From a virus (Duplodnaviria; Caudoviricetes), in the IMG/VR virus record IMGVR_UViG_3300037042_000951, positions 1 to 55,642 of that record: 55,642 nt of DNA. The stretch is one strand, 5' to 3'. The first letter of the stretch is position 1. Every line of letters begins with the position of its first letter. Of the stretch, positions 7,394-16,213 are shown one piece after another. Made by a program: the position numbers and the translations under genes. The notes under the pieces are model-generated. The model worked only from the letters and a program-made list of their open reading frames with translations. It had not been told where the DNA came from and made no database searches.

Positions 7394-8916
7394 GCGCCCA
7401 GCGTAAATTAACTAAAGAAGACATCGCAGAGATTGAAAAAGCGGTCCCTGGTATGCCGCCAGACGAGAAAAGGCGGACTTTAAAGCTACTCAAGACTTAT
7501 AAATCTGAAACTGTTAAGAAAGACGGCAAGGAAAACTTCCTTGAGTTTATTGACCATGTATATCCAGGCTATAAAGTAGGTGAACACCATGCGAAATTGG
7601 CTAGAATCTTTGAAGAAATCGCTGCAGGCAAGAAGAAGCGGGTTGTTGTTAACATTGCGCCGCGTCATGGTAAGTCAGAACTTATATCCTACCTCGCTCC
7701 TGCCTGGTTCTTGGGTAAGTATCCACATAAGAAGGTCATTATGGCTTCGCATACGGCTGATCTTGCTGTCAATTTCGGTCGTAGAGTTAGGAATCTCGTG
7801 GGTTCAGACTCTTATAAAGAAATATTTCCAGCGGTAGAACTGCAAGCCGACAGTAAATCGGCATCTAGATGGGGGACTAACTACAATGGAGAATACTTTG
7901 CTATTGGTGTTGGTGGTGCTTTGGCTGGTCGTGGTGCAGATCTATTTATCATTGACGACCCTCACTCTGAGCAAGACGCTAAACAGGGCAGAGCTGACGT
8001 TTTTCTACCAGCTTGGGAGTGGTTTCAATCTGGTCCTATTCAGCGTCTTATGCCTGGCGGGGCTATTATTGTCGTGATGACCCGTTGGTCAAAGCTTGAT
8101 TTGACAGGGCAAATTGTCAATCATATGGTCAAAAATGAGGATGCAGAAGACTGGGAAATAGTAGATTTTCCTGCGATTATGCCTTCAGGTAAACCGCTTT
8201 GGCCCGAATTCTGGTCTCTTGAAGAGTTATTAGCAAAGAAGGCTTCTTTGGATGTGCGGTACTGGAATGCCCAGTATCTACAACAACCTACCTCAGAAGA
8301 AGGCGCTTTAATTAAACGGGAATGGTGGCAAATTTGGGAAAAAGATGACCCACCCATGTGCGAATTTGTCATTATGTCTTTAGACGCAGCTCAGGAGGCA
8401 AACAATCGTGCGGATTACAATGCGCTCACAACGTGGGGGGTGTTTCTCAACGAAGAAACGAACAACTACAACATTATCCTACTCAATTCCATTAAAAAAC
8501 GGTTGGAGTTCCCAGACCTCAAAAAGCTTGTACTTGAAGAGTATAAGGAGTGGGAGCCAGATGCGTTTATGGTTGAAAAGAAGTCCAATGGGGCGGCTCT
8601 CTACCAGGAATTACGGCGCATGGGTGTACCAGTCGGGGAATTCACACCTGGCAAAGGTCAAGACAAAATCTCTCGCGTTAATGCTGTATCAGATTTGTTC
8701 TCAGCAGGGATTGTCTGGTCGCCAGAGCATCGGTGGGCGAAGGAAGTAATTGAAGAATGTAATGATTTCCCTAGCGGAGCGAACGACGATTTGGTAGACT
8801 CCACTACACTAGCCCTATTAAGATTTAGGCAGGGTGGATTTATTCGCCTGCCCAGTGACGAACCAGAAGACGATTTTTTATATAAATACGGCAGACGTAA
8901 AGCTGCGTATTACTAA
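7390..8916 (+). CDS. terL: Terminase large subunit
   Basis: Walker A APRHGKS, Walker B FIIDD, VMTRW motif, RNase H-like SLD...DDLVD. Confidence 0.96.
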   Translation: MSAQRKLTKEDIAEIEKAVPGMPPDEKRRTLKLLKTYKSETVKKDGKENFLEFIDHVYPGYKVGEHHAKLARIFEEIAAGKKKRVVVNIAPRHGKSELISYLAPAWFLGKYPHKKVIMASHTADLAVNFGRRVRNLVGSDSYKEIFPAVELQADSKSASRWGTNYNGEYFAIGVGGALAGRGADLFIIDDPHSEQDAKQGRADVFLPAWEWFQSGPIQRLMPGGAIIVVMTRWSKLDLTGQIVNHMVKNEDAEDWEIVDFPAIMPSGKPLWPEFWSLEELLAKKASLDVRYWNAQYLQQPTSEEGALIKREWWQIWEKDDPPMCEFVIMSLDAAQEANNRADYNALTTWGVFLNEETNNYNIILLNSIKKRLEFPDLKKLVLEEYKEWEPDAFMVEKKSNGAALYQELRRMGVPVGEFTPGKGQDKISRVNAVSDLFSAGIVWSPEHRWAKEVIEECNDFPSGANDDLVDSTTLALLRFRQGGFIRLPSDEPEDDFLYKYGRRKAAYY

Positions 8917-8925
8917 GGATAGATT

Positions 8926-11451
8926 ATGTCGATAGATAAAGCCCTGTATCAAGCCCCCGTCGGATTAGATTCGATTGTTGAAGAAGACCCAATTGAGATC
9001 GAGATCGAAGACCCAGAATCAGTAAAAATCGCTATGGGTGGTATGGAGATTGAGATTGAGCCTGAAGAAGAAACAGCCGATGATTTTGACGCCAACCTTG
9101 CGGAGTATATGAGTGAGGGTGAGCTTACTGAAATTGTAGGTGATTTATTAGGCGATTTTGACGACGACATCTCGGCTCGTAAAGATTGGATTCAGACTTA
9201 TGTAGATGGACTTGAGCTACTCGGCATGAAGATGGAAGACCGAACAGAACCTTGGGAAGGTGCTTGTGGAGTCTATCACCCATTGCTCTCCGAGGCTTTA
9301 GTAAAGTTTCAATCTGAGACCATTATGGAGACTTTCCCTTCAGCAGGTCCAGTAAAGACTGTGATTATCGGTAAAGAGACTCCACAGATTAAAGAAGCGG
9401 CTCAGCGTGTCCAAGATGACATGAATCATCAGTTAACAGATGTGATGCAGGAATACAGACCTGAACATGAAAGAATGATATGGGGCTTGGGTTTGGCGGG
9501 TAATGCGTTTAAGAAAGTGTATTACGACCCACATTTAGAGCGCCAAGTTTCTATGTTTATTCCAGCAGAAGACATCGTGGTTCCTTACGGTGCTTCTAAT
9601 TTACAAAGCTCCCCACGCGTGACCCATGTTATGCGCAAGACAGAGAACGAAGTTAAACGGCTTCAGTTTGCGGGCTTTTACCGAGATGTTGAACTAGACA
9701 CCCCCAGCGGTAGTTTGGATGAAGTTGAGAAAAAGATTGCGGAGAAGATGGGCTTTAGAGCTACATCGGACGACCGCTATAAGTTATTAGAGATGCACGT
9801 AGACCTTGATCTACCTGGCTATGAGGACAAGGATGAAGACGGAGAGATGACAGGTATTGCACTACCTTATGTTATAACGATTGAAAAAGGTACGCAGACT
9901 GTTCTATCTATCCGCAGAAACTGGAGACCTGAAGATGAAACCAAGCAAAAAAGGCAACACTTTGTACATTATGGCTATGTGCCTGGTTTTGGTTTTTATT
10001 GCTTCGGGCTTATTCATTTGGTTGGCGCCTTTGCTAAGTCGAGTACTAGTATTATCCGACAACTCGTTGATGCAGGGACATTATCAAATCTGCCAGGTGG
10101 CTTTAAGACCCGTGGCTTGCGGGTCAAAGGAGATGACACACCGATAAGTCCAGGAGAGTTCCGTGATGTAGACGTACCAAGCGGAGCAATCAAAGACAAC
10201 TTAATGACCTTGCCATACAAAGAGCCTAGCCAGGTTTTGTATAGTTTACTTGGAACCATTGTTGAAGAAGGCAGACGCTTTGCATCGGCAGGGGATATGA
10301 AGATTAGTGATATGAGCGGACAGGCTCCTGTGGGGACGACTCTGGCAATTTTAGAGAGAACCCTGAAGGTGATGAGTGCGGTTCAGTCAAGAGTCCATTA
10401 TTCGATGAAACAAGAGTTACGCTTGTTAAAGGAAATAATCCGTGACTATACGCCAGATGAATACAGCTATACCCCAGAAGAAGGTACGCCAAGAGCCAAA
10501 AAAGCGGACTATGACATGGTGGACGTTATTCCAGTCAGTGATCCTAATGCAGCGACGATGGCGCAGAAGATCGTTCAGTACCAAGCGGTTCTCCAGCTGG
10601 CTCAAGGCGCGCCCCAGATCTACAACTTACCGCAATTACACCGCCAGATGCTCGACGTCCTTGGGATCAGGAATGCCCAGAAGCTTATCCCGCTACAGGA
10701 AGACCAGAAACCGCGCGATCCTGTTTCGGAGAACATGGATGCGATGCGCAATAAACCGCTAAAAGCGTTTATGTATCAAGACCACGATGCGCATTTGATG
10801 GCTCACAATAACTTCTTGCAAGACCCCACTACGGCGGCAATACTAGGACAGAACCCCATGGCGCAGCAAATAACCGCTGCGATGCAAGCTCATATTGCGG
10901 AACATTTTGGCTTTAAATATCGTCAACTTATTGAACAGCAAGTTGGTGGACCGATACCTTATGTTGATATGGACGATGATGAAGCGTCTCTGCCACAAGA
11001 GTATGAGTTGGAGCTTTCCCGTTTAGTAGCTCAAGCTTCTCAGCAATTACTCACACAAAACCAAGCTGCTGCAGCGCAACAAGAAGCTCAGCAACAGGCA
11101 GAAGACCCAATTATCCAGATGCAGATTAAAGAATTGGAGATTAAAGCCGCAGAATTGCAACGCAAAATCGCAAAAGATACTAGCGATATTCAGAATGAAA
11201 GAGAGCGTTTATTAATTGATAAATTGCGTGTAGAAGGGCAATTAGAGCTTGAATCACACAAATTAGGTGTCCAAATCGCTAAAGATAAAGACCTCGCAGA
11301 CCGCAAAGAAACGGTAGAAGGTACAAAGATGGGTATAGATATTGTTAAAGCGAAAGACCAAATCAATGCCCAAAAGCTACAAATAGCCTCTCAATTAGCT
11401 ATAGCGGAGAGTAATAAAGGAAGTAATAAAGCCGAGAAAGGCAACAAATGA
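8926..11451 (+). CDS. Portal protein (P22-like, long Gln-rich C-terminal barrel)
   Basis: Follows TerL; 841 aa; GNAFKKVYYD and GFYCFGLIHL motifs; coiled-coil C-terminus. Confidence 0.9.
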   Translation: MSIDKALYQAPVGLDSIVEEDPIEIEIEDPESVKIAMGGMEIEIEPEEETADDFDANLAEYMSEGELTEIVGDLLGDFDDDISARKDWIQTYVDGLELLGMKMEDRTEPWEGACGVYHPLLSEALVKFQSETIMETFPSAGPVKTVIIGKETPQIKEAAQRVQDDMNHQLTDVMQEYRPEHERMIWGLGLAGNAFKKVYYDPHLERQVSMFIPAEDIVVPYGASNLQSSPRVTHVMRKTENEVKRLQFAGFYRDVELDTPSGSLDEVEKKIAEKMGFRATSDDRYKLLEMHVDLDLPGYEDKDEDGEMTGIALPYVITIEKGTQTVLSIRRNWRPEDETKQKRQHFVHYGYVPGFGFYCFGLIHLVGAFAKSSTSIIRQLVDAGTLSNLPGGFKTRGLRVKGDDTPISPGEFRDVDVPSGAIKDNLMTLPYKEPSQVLYSLLGTIVEEGRRFASAGDMKISDMSGQAPVGTTLAILERTLKVMSAVQSRVHYSMKQELRLLKEIIRDYTPDEYSYTPEEGTPRAKKADYDMVDVIPVSDPNAATMAQKIVQYQAVLQLAQGAPQIYNLPQLHRQMLDVLGIRNAQKLIPLQEDQKPRDPVSENMDAMRNKPLKAFMYQDHDAHLMAHNNFLQDPTTAAILGQNPMAQQITAAMQAHIAEHFGFKYRQLIEQQVGGPIPYVDMDDDEASLPQEYELELSRLVAQASQQLLTQNQAAAAQQEAQQQAEDPIIQMQIKELEIKAAELQRKIAKDTSDIQNERERLLIDKLRVEGQLELESHKLGVQIAKDKDLADRKETVEGTKMGIDIVKAKDQINAQKLQIASQLAIAESNKGSNKAEKGNK

Positions 11452-11633
11452 CAGGGTTAGAACTTTTAGTTAAGCAGTTAGATGAAAAGACAGAGCAGTT
11501 AAAAGAATCGGTAGTTATAGGTAATTTAGATCACGTTCAGTATCAAAGGCTTTGTGGAGAGATTAGAGGTCTGCTCCTTGCAAAGGGTTACGTATTAGAC
11601 CTCAGAGACAAATTGGAGAACACGGATGAGTGA
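11448..11633 (+). CDS. Small conserved head-module protein
   Basis: 61 aa with YQRLCGEIRGL; coupled to the portal and GroES genes. Confidence 0.75.
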   Translation: MTGLELLVKQLDEKTEQLKESVVIGNLDHVQYQRLCGEIRGLLLAKGYVLDLRDKLENTDE

Positions 11634-12030
11634 AACGTTAGACTTAAATAAGGCGGTAGATTTGGCGCAGCTGCTTGATAAGTCAAGTGAAGAAAAGGCA
11701 ACACAACTCCCTAAACCTTCTGGGTATCGCATTTTGTGCGCTATTCCTGAGGTAGAGAAAGAGTTTGACAGTGGGATTTTAAAAGCAGACGAAACCCTAA
11801 GATACGACGAATTGTTGACGACCGTATTGTTTGTCGTAGATTTAGGTCCAGATTGCTATAAAGACCCAACCCGTTTCCCAACTGGGGCTTGGTGTAAAAA
11901 AGGTGATTTTGTCCTTGTTAGACCTAACGCTGGCACTAGATTGGTTATTCACGGGCGCGAGTTCCGCATTATTAACGATGATTCTGTGGAAGGCGTAGTT
12001 GACGATCCCCGTGGCATTAAACGTAAATAA
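11626..12030 (+). CDS. groES: GroES/Cpn10-like co-chaperonin
   Basis: PSGYRIL, mobile-loop SGIL, KKGDFVL...AGTRLVIHGREFRIINDDSVEGVV follow the Cpn10 pattern. Confidence 0.85.
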   Translation: MSETLDLNKAVDLAQLLDKSSEEKATQLPKPSGYRILCAIPEVEKEFDSGILKADETLRYDELLTTVLFVVDLGPDCYKDPTRFPTGAWCKKGDFVLVRPNAGTRLVIHGREFRIINDDSVEGVVDDPRGIKRK

Positions 12031-12042
12031 GGAGAAGACGAT

Positions 12043-13047
12043 ATGGATAACTATAAGTTTCCTGATGAAGTAGATGACGTAAAAGATGAGGGTAAACCCG
12101 TAGAAGAGGAAGTAGAATCTAAGGGTAAACCCGTAGAAGACGAAGACAAGATCGAAATTGAGATTGAAGATGACACCCCTGTTGAAGATAGAGGTCGTAA
12201 AACTTCAAAACCTGATTTTGTCGAAAAAGTCGAAAAAGATGAATTAGACCAATATTCCCAAGAAGCACGAAGCAAAATTGATGCTTTTAGGAAGTTTTAT
12301 CATGATGAGCGTAGGGAGAAAGAAAAAGCCTTACGAGAGCAGCAAGAAGCTGTTCAAGTAGCTAAAAGCCTCTACGAAGAGATAAAACAGCTTAAAGGTA
12401 GGGTCAATTCTAGCGACGAAGCAGCAGTTAACTCCTTTAAAACAAGTGCCGAGCAGGAATTGGCAATGGCTAAGAAGGAATATAAAGAGGCTTATGACGC
12501 TGGAGATTCGGAAAAATTAGTCGAAGCACAGGATAAATTAACCTCCGCTAAGATGAAAATTGACAAAGCCTCTAGCTACGCTGAAAATATAAATCAACGA
12601 AGGGCTTTACAAGAGCAAGAAAATGAAGTAAAAATACCTCAACAGACGGAAGCAGCGCCTGTCCGTGACCAAAAAGCTTCGGCTTGGCAAGAGCGTAACT
12701 CTTGGTTTGGTCAAGATGACGAAATGACAAGCCTAGCCCTAGGGCTACACGAGAAGCTTGTCAAAGAAAACGGACTAGCATATGCAACCACTGACGAGTA
12801 TTACAAGCGCATAGATGAAACTATGCGTAGGCGATTTCCTGAAAACTTTCAGGATGAAAAAGTAGACGATGGTAGAAACGATGAAAAGGTAGCGGCTCGT
12901 GTAAAACCGAGTACCGTTGTTGCACCTGCGAGTAGAAGTACTTCTTCTAAAAAGATAAAATTGAATACGTCACAGTTATCTATAGCGAAGAAGCTAGGTC
13001 TAACCCCAGAGCAATACGCCCGTGAACTTTTAAAAATGGAGGCTTAA
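12043..13047 (+). CDS. Putative scaffolding protein
   Basis: Acidic N-terminus, coiled coil, C-terminal IAKKLGLTPEQYA; lies between portal and capsid. Confidence 0.75.
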   Translation: MDNYKFPDEVDDVKDEGKPVEEEVESKGKPVEDEDKIEIEIEDDTPVEDRGRKTSKPDFVEKVEKDELDQYSQEARSKIDAFRKFYHDERREKEKALREQQEAVQVAKSLYEEIKQLKGRVNSSDEAAVNSFKTSAEQELAMAKKEYKEAYDAGDSEKLVEAQDKLTSAKMKIDKASSYAENINQRRALQEQENEVKIPQQTEAAPVRDQKASAWQERNSWFGQDDEMTSLALGLHEKLVKENGLAYATTDEYYKRIDETMRRRFPENFQDEKVDDGRNDEKVAARVKPSTVVAPASRSTSSKKIKLNTSQLSIAKKLGLTPEQYARELLKMEA

Positions 13048-13497
13048 ATGCCAACAAACAGATTGCAAAGAGAAGTAGATAACCGTGAAGTAGCTGAGCG
13101 TCCTAAACAGTGGATGCCCCCCGATCTTCTCCCTGAGCCTGATAAACAGGCTGGTTATGCGTATCGTTGGATTCGTGTTTCAATGCTGGACAAGCCAGAC
13201 CCACGCAATATCTCATCGAAACTGAGAGAAGGTTGGGAGCCTGTCACGTTGGAAGAGCAACCCAAATTCAAACTGTTAGCTAATCCCAGTGGTCAGTTTA
13301 AAGACAACATTGAGATTGGCGGGTTATTGCTTTGCAAGACTCCCGAAGCATTTGTTGAACAACGGAAGGCTCATTACGACAAGCTAACCGCCCAACAGAC
13401 GGAGGCTGTAGACAATAATCTCATGCGCCAAAGCGACGCAAGGATGCCCCTCTTTAACGAGAGAAAGTCCTCAAGTAGCTTTGGAAAAGGAACTTAA
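13048..13497 (+). CDS. Conserved head-module protein
   Basis: 149 aa with YRWIR and LREGWEPV; coupled to the scaffold gene. Confidence 0.7.
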   Translation: MPTNRLQREVDNREVAERPKQWMPPDLLPEPDKQAGYAYRWIRVSMLDKPDPRNISSKLREGWEPVTLEEQPKFKLLANPSGQFKDNIEIGGLLLCKTPEAFVEQRKAHYDKLTAQQTEAVDNNLMRQSDARMPLFNERKSSSSFGKGT

Positions 13498-13514
13498 TTT
13501 TTTAGGAGATTTAA

Positions 13515-14414
13515 ATGGCTTATCCTATTATTGACGCCCCGTACGGGCTGAAGCCCATTAATCTTATTGGTGGACAAGTATTTGCTGGATCGACTCGCAA
13601 TATTCCGATTCAGTACGCATTTAACACCAATATTTTTTATGGCGATGTTGTAGGTATTGAGCGTGGTTTTGCCGTGCGTTGTGATCTGACACTTGGTAAT
13701 GCCACTATCCGTGGTGCTGCAGGTACTGGAATTGTTGGTGTATTTTTAGGTTGCACATTCACTAACCCTGTAACTAAGCAAAAGCAGTTTACTCAATTTT
13801 GGCCCGCTGGTACTTTGGCTGGTGACGCAGTTGCTATTGTGACTGACGATCCAGATACATTGTTCCGTACTGCGGTAGTTGGTGCTGGTGGTACTACCGC
13901 TATTGCTTCTGTTGCACGTATGGACATCGGTCAAAACGTTGAAGGCTCTAACTTGGCTGGTAACATCAATACTGGTAATTCGTCTAACGCTATCGTAGCT
14001 GCTAGCGCAGCGAATACTTCAACTTTACCTTTACGTATTGTTGACGTTGTTCCTGACACAGCTATTGTTGCTACAGCGGTTTTATCTAGTGGCGGCGGTG
14101 GTACAGCTTTATCTTGTACTGGTCTTACAAGAACGCTCCCACTTGGAACGGATGTTGCGTATTTAGCTGCTAATGGTCAACTAATTGGTACTGGCTCGCG
14201 TGTTTCAGCCGCTGTAGCAGGCACTGGAACACAGACTGTTAACATCAATTCCCAGGCTGTAACGGTTAATTCCCCGTTAGGTACTTCCTCTACGGCTATT
14301 ACTATTCCAGCAGCAAGCACTATGGTATTTACGATTTATCAAGAAGCGATTGTAAAATTCAATTTTGGTAATCATAGTTACTATAGCAATACTACCAACT
14401 CAGCTACAATATAA
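13515..14414 (+). CDS. Capsid decoration/cement protein
   Basis: A/G/T-rich beta protein directly upstream of the major capsid gene; SD AGGAG. Confidence 0.65.
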   Translation: MAYPIIDAPYGLKPINLIGGQVFAGSTRNIPIQYAFNTNIFYGDVVGIERGFAVRCDLTLGNATIRGAAGTGIVGVFLGCTFTNPVTKQKQFTQFWPAGTLAGDAVAIVTDDPDTLFRTAVVGAGGTTAIASVARMDIGQNVEGSNLAGNINTGNSSNAIVAASAANTSTLPLRIVDVVPDTAIVATAVLSSGGGGTALSCTGLTRTLPLGTDVAYLAANGQLIGTGSRVSAAVAGTGTQTVNINSQAVTVNSPLGTSSTAITIPAASTMVFTIYQEAIVKFNFGNHSYYSNTTNSATI

Positions 14415-14424
14415 GGAGCTATAA

Positions 14425-15336
14425 ATGGCTATTTCACGCGCACAACTATTGAAAGAGCTCCTTCCTGGCTTGAACGCCTTGTTCGGCTTGGAGTATGCTC
14501 GCTACGGTGAAGAACACAAAGAGATCTACGAAACTGAGACCTCTGAGCGTTCTTTTGAAGAAGAAACAAAACTGTCTGGATTCTCAGCTGCACCAGTCAA
14601 AAACGAAGGTTCTGCCATCGCTTATGACAATGCACAAGAGGCTTGGACAGCTCGCTACAACCACGAAACTATCGCCCTTGGCTTTAGCTTGACTGAAGAG
14701 GCAATTGAGGACAACCTCTATGATTCTTTAGCTGCTCGCTATACCAAAGGTCTGGCTCGTGCTATGTCTTATACCAAGCAGGTAAAAGCTGCTGCTGTAT
14801 TGAATAACGGCTTCTCATCTGCTTATGTAGGTGGTGATGGCGTTTCTCTGTTCAGCACTGCTCACCCACTAGTATCTGGCTCAACTAACAGTAACACCCC
14901 AGCCACTCAAGCTGATTTGAACGAAACTTCGTTGGAAAACGCAGTTATTCAGATCGCCGCTTGGACGGATGAGCGTGGTCTGTTGATCGCTGCCAAACCT
15001 AAGAAGTTGGTAATCCCACCCGCACTCATGTTCGTGGCAACTCGTTTGCTTGAGACTGAATTGCGTGTTGGTACCAACAATAACGACATCAATGCAATTA
15101 AGAACAATGGCTCGATTCCAGATGGTTACACTGTTAACCACTTCTTGACCGACACAAACGCATGGTTCTTGACCACTGATGTACCTAACGGTATGAAGCA
15201 TTTTGTACGTACACCATTGAGCAATTCAATGGACGGTGACTTTGACACTGGCAACGTGCGTTACAAGACCCGTGAGCGTTATAGCTTTGGTTGGTCTGAC
15301 CCACTCGGAATGTATGGATCGAGCGGTTCAATCTAA
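14425..15336 (+). CDS. Major capsid protein (HK97 fold, Mu gpT-like family)
   Basis: MAISRAQLLKELLPGLNALFG..., PKKLVIPPAL, RERYSFGWSD; strong SD; followed by a terminator. Confidence 0.92.
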   Translation: MAISRAQLLKELLPGLNALFGLEYARYGEEHKEIYETETSERSFEEETKLSGFSAAPVKNEGSAIAYDNAQEAWTARYNHETIALGFSLTEEAIEDNLYDSLAARYTKGLARAMSYTKQVKAAAVLNNGFSSAYVGGDGVSLFSTAHPLVSGSTNSNTPATQADLNETSLENAVIQIAAWTDERGLLIAAKPKKLVIPPALMFVATRLLETELRVGTNNNDINAIKNNGSIPDGYTVNHFLTDTNAWFLTTDVPNGMKHFVRTPLSNSMDGDFDTGNVRYKTRERYSFGWSDPLGMYGSSGSI

Positions 15337-15340
15337 AAGA

Positions 15341-15365
15341 AAGGGGGCCAAAAACCCCCTTTTTT
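15341..15365 (+). terminator. Rho-independent terminator after the capsid gene
   Basis: AGGGGG/CCCCCT stem followed by a T run. Confidence 0.8.
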
Positions 15366-15402
15366 ATTTGCTTTATTTATAATTTGGTGTAGTATTTAAT
15401 TA

Positions 15403-15475
15403 TCTGGGTGATTACCTGTACTGGACTGCCCCAGCAGACGATGCAACGATTGGTACAGGAACTTTTGCATAAGGA
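15403..15475 (+). ncRNA. Structured RNA element with interlocked helices (candidate Mu-gpT-DE-like motif)
   Basis: CTGGG/CCCAG, CCTGTAC(TGG)/(TTG)GTACAGG and ATGCAA/TTGCAT pairings in crossing order, downstream of a gpT-like capsid gene. Confidence 0.6.
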
Positions 15476-15483
15476 TTATTATC

Positions 15484-16158
15484 ATGGCACGTTCTACATT
15501 TGAAGGTCCGATTCTATCGGGTGATGTTCGTTTTGGTCCACAACGTAACGTAGGTTACGTAGTTTTAACTCAACAAGCTAATATCTTGTTAACTAATACA
15601 ACCCCAAATACCGTAGCCTATGGCGGTGCTTCTGGTCAATTTGTTGCCTCTAATGGTATTCCTAATTCAAACGGTACCGTATTTACGCCTGGTACCAACA
15701 CACCAGCTACTATTACTGCGGATACCTCAACAGCGCAATATCGTGGTGTTGTTTTTTATATACCAGTAGGTAGCTCACTTAAAAACGTATATATTGACAC
15801 CGTTGTACTTCCAACCAATGCTGGTAATTCAATTACCGTACAACCTTATGTCTCCAATACATTTGCTACTTCAACTGGAGCATTGGCTACTATGGCTACC
15901 CTATCAGGAGTAGGGCGTACAGTTGGCACATTTACTGCAGCGCAAATGGCATTTGGAACTTCATTTGCTACCCCGCTAGATGTGCCAGGAATTAATGGAA
16001 ATCCTGGTTTGTCTCAAGTGGTTGTAACTATCGGTATGACAGCAGGCAGTGGTTTAACTACTATTAATGCTGGGCAGTTAGTTGTGACAATCCAGTACAG
16101 ACAGCCTGATCCAAACATTGGTAGTGCAACTGCTTATCCATTTGGTAACTTTGACTAA
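15484..16158 (+). CDS. Virion structural protein (head decoration-like)
   Basis: MARSTFEGPI N-terminus; T/G-rich beta protein after the capsid gene. Confidence 0.65.
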   Translation: MARSTFEGPILSGDVRFGPQRNVGYVVLTQQANILLTNTTPNTVAYGGASGQFVASNGIPNSNGTVFTPGTNTPATITADTSTAQYRGVVFYIPVGSSLKNVYIDTVVLPTNAGNSITVQPYVSNTFATSTGALATMATLSGVGRTVGTFTAAQMAFGTSFATPLDVPGINGNPGLSQVVVTIGMTAGSGLTTINAGQLVVTIQYRQPDPNIGSATAYPFGNFD

Positions 16159-16170
16159 TTGATCCGAATT

Positions 16171-16193
16171 GGGGGGAATGTTCCCCCCTTTTT
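16171..16193 (+). terminator. Rho-independent terminator
   Basis: GGGGGGA-ATGT-TCCCCCC-TTTTT. Confidence 0.8.
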
Positions 16194-16213
16194 AAAAAAT
16201 TTAAGGAGATATC

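Noticed and set aside
12606-12634. Internal late promoter TTTACA-N17-TAAAAA in the scaffold gene
   Set aside because: The -10 lacks the conserved final T and the site is coding; too weak without TSS data.
15403-15475. HDV-like/theta, twister or hammerhead ribozyme
   Set aside because: Helix order and core nucleotides do not match by eye (no P3/L3/P1.1 and no CUGANGA/GAAA).
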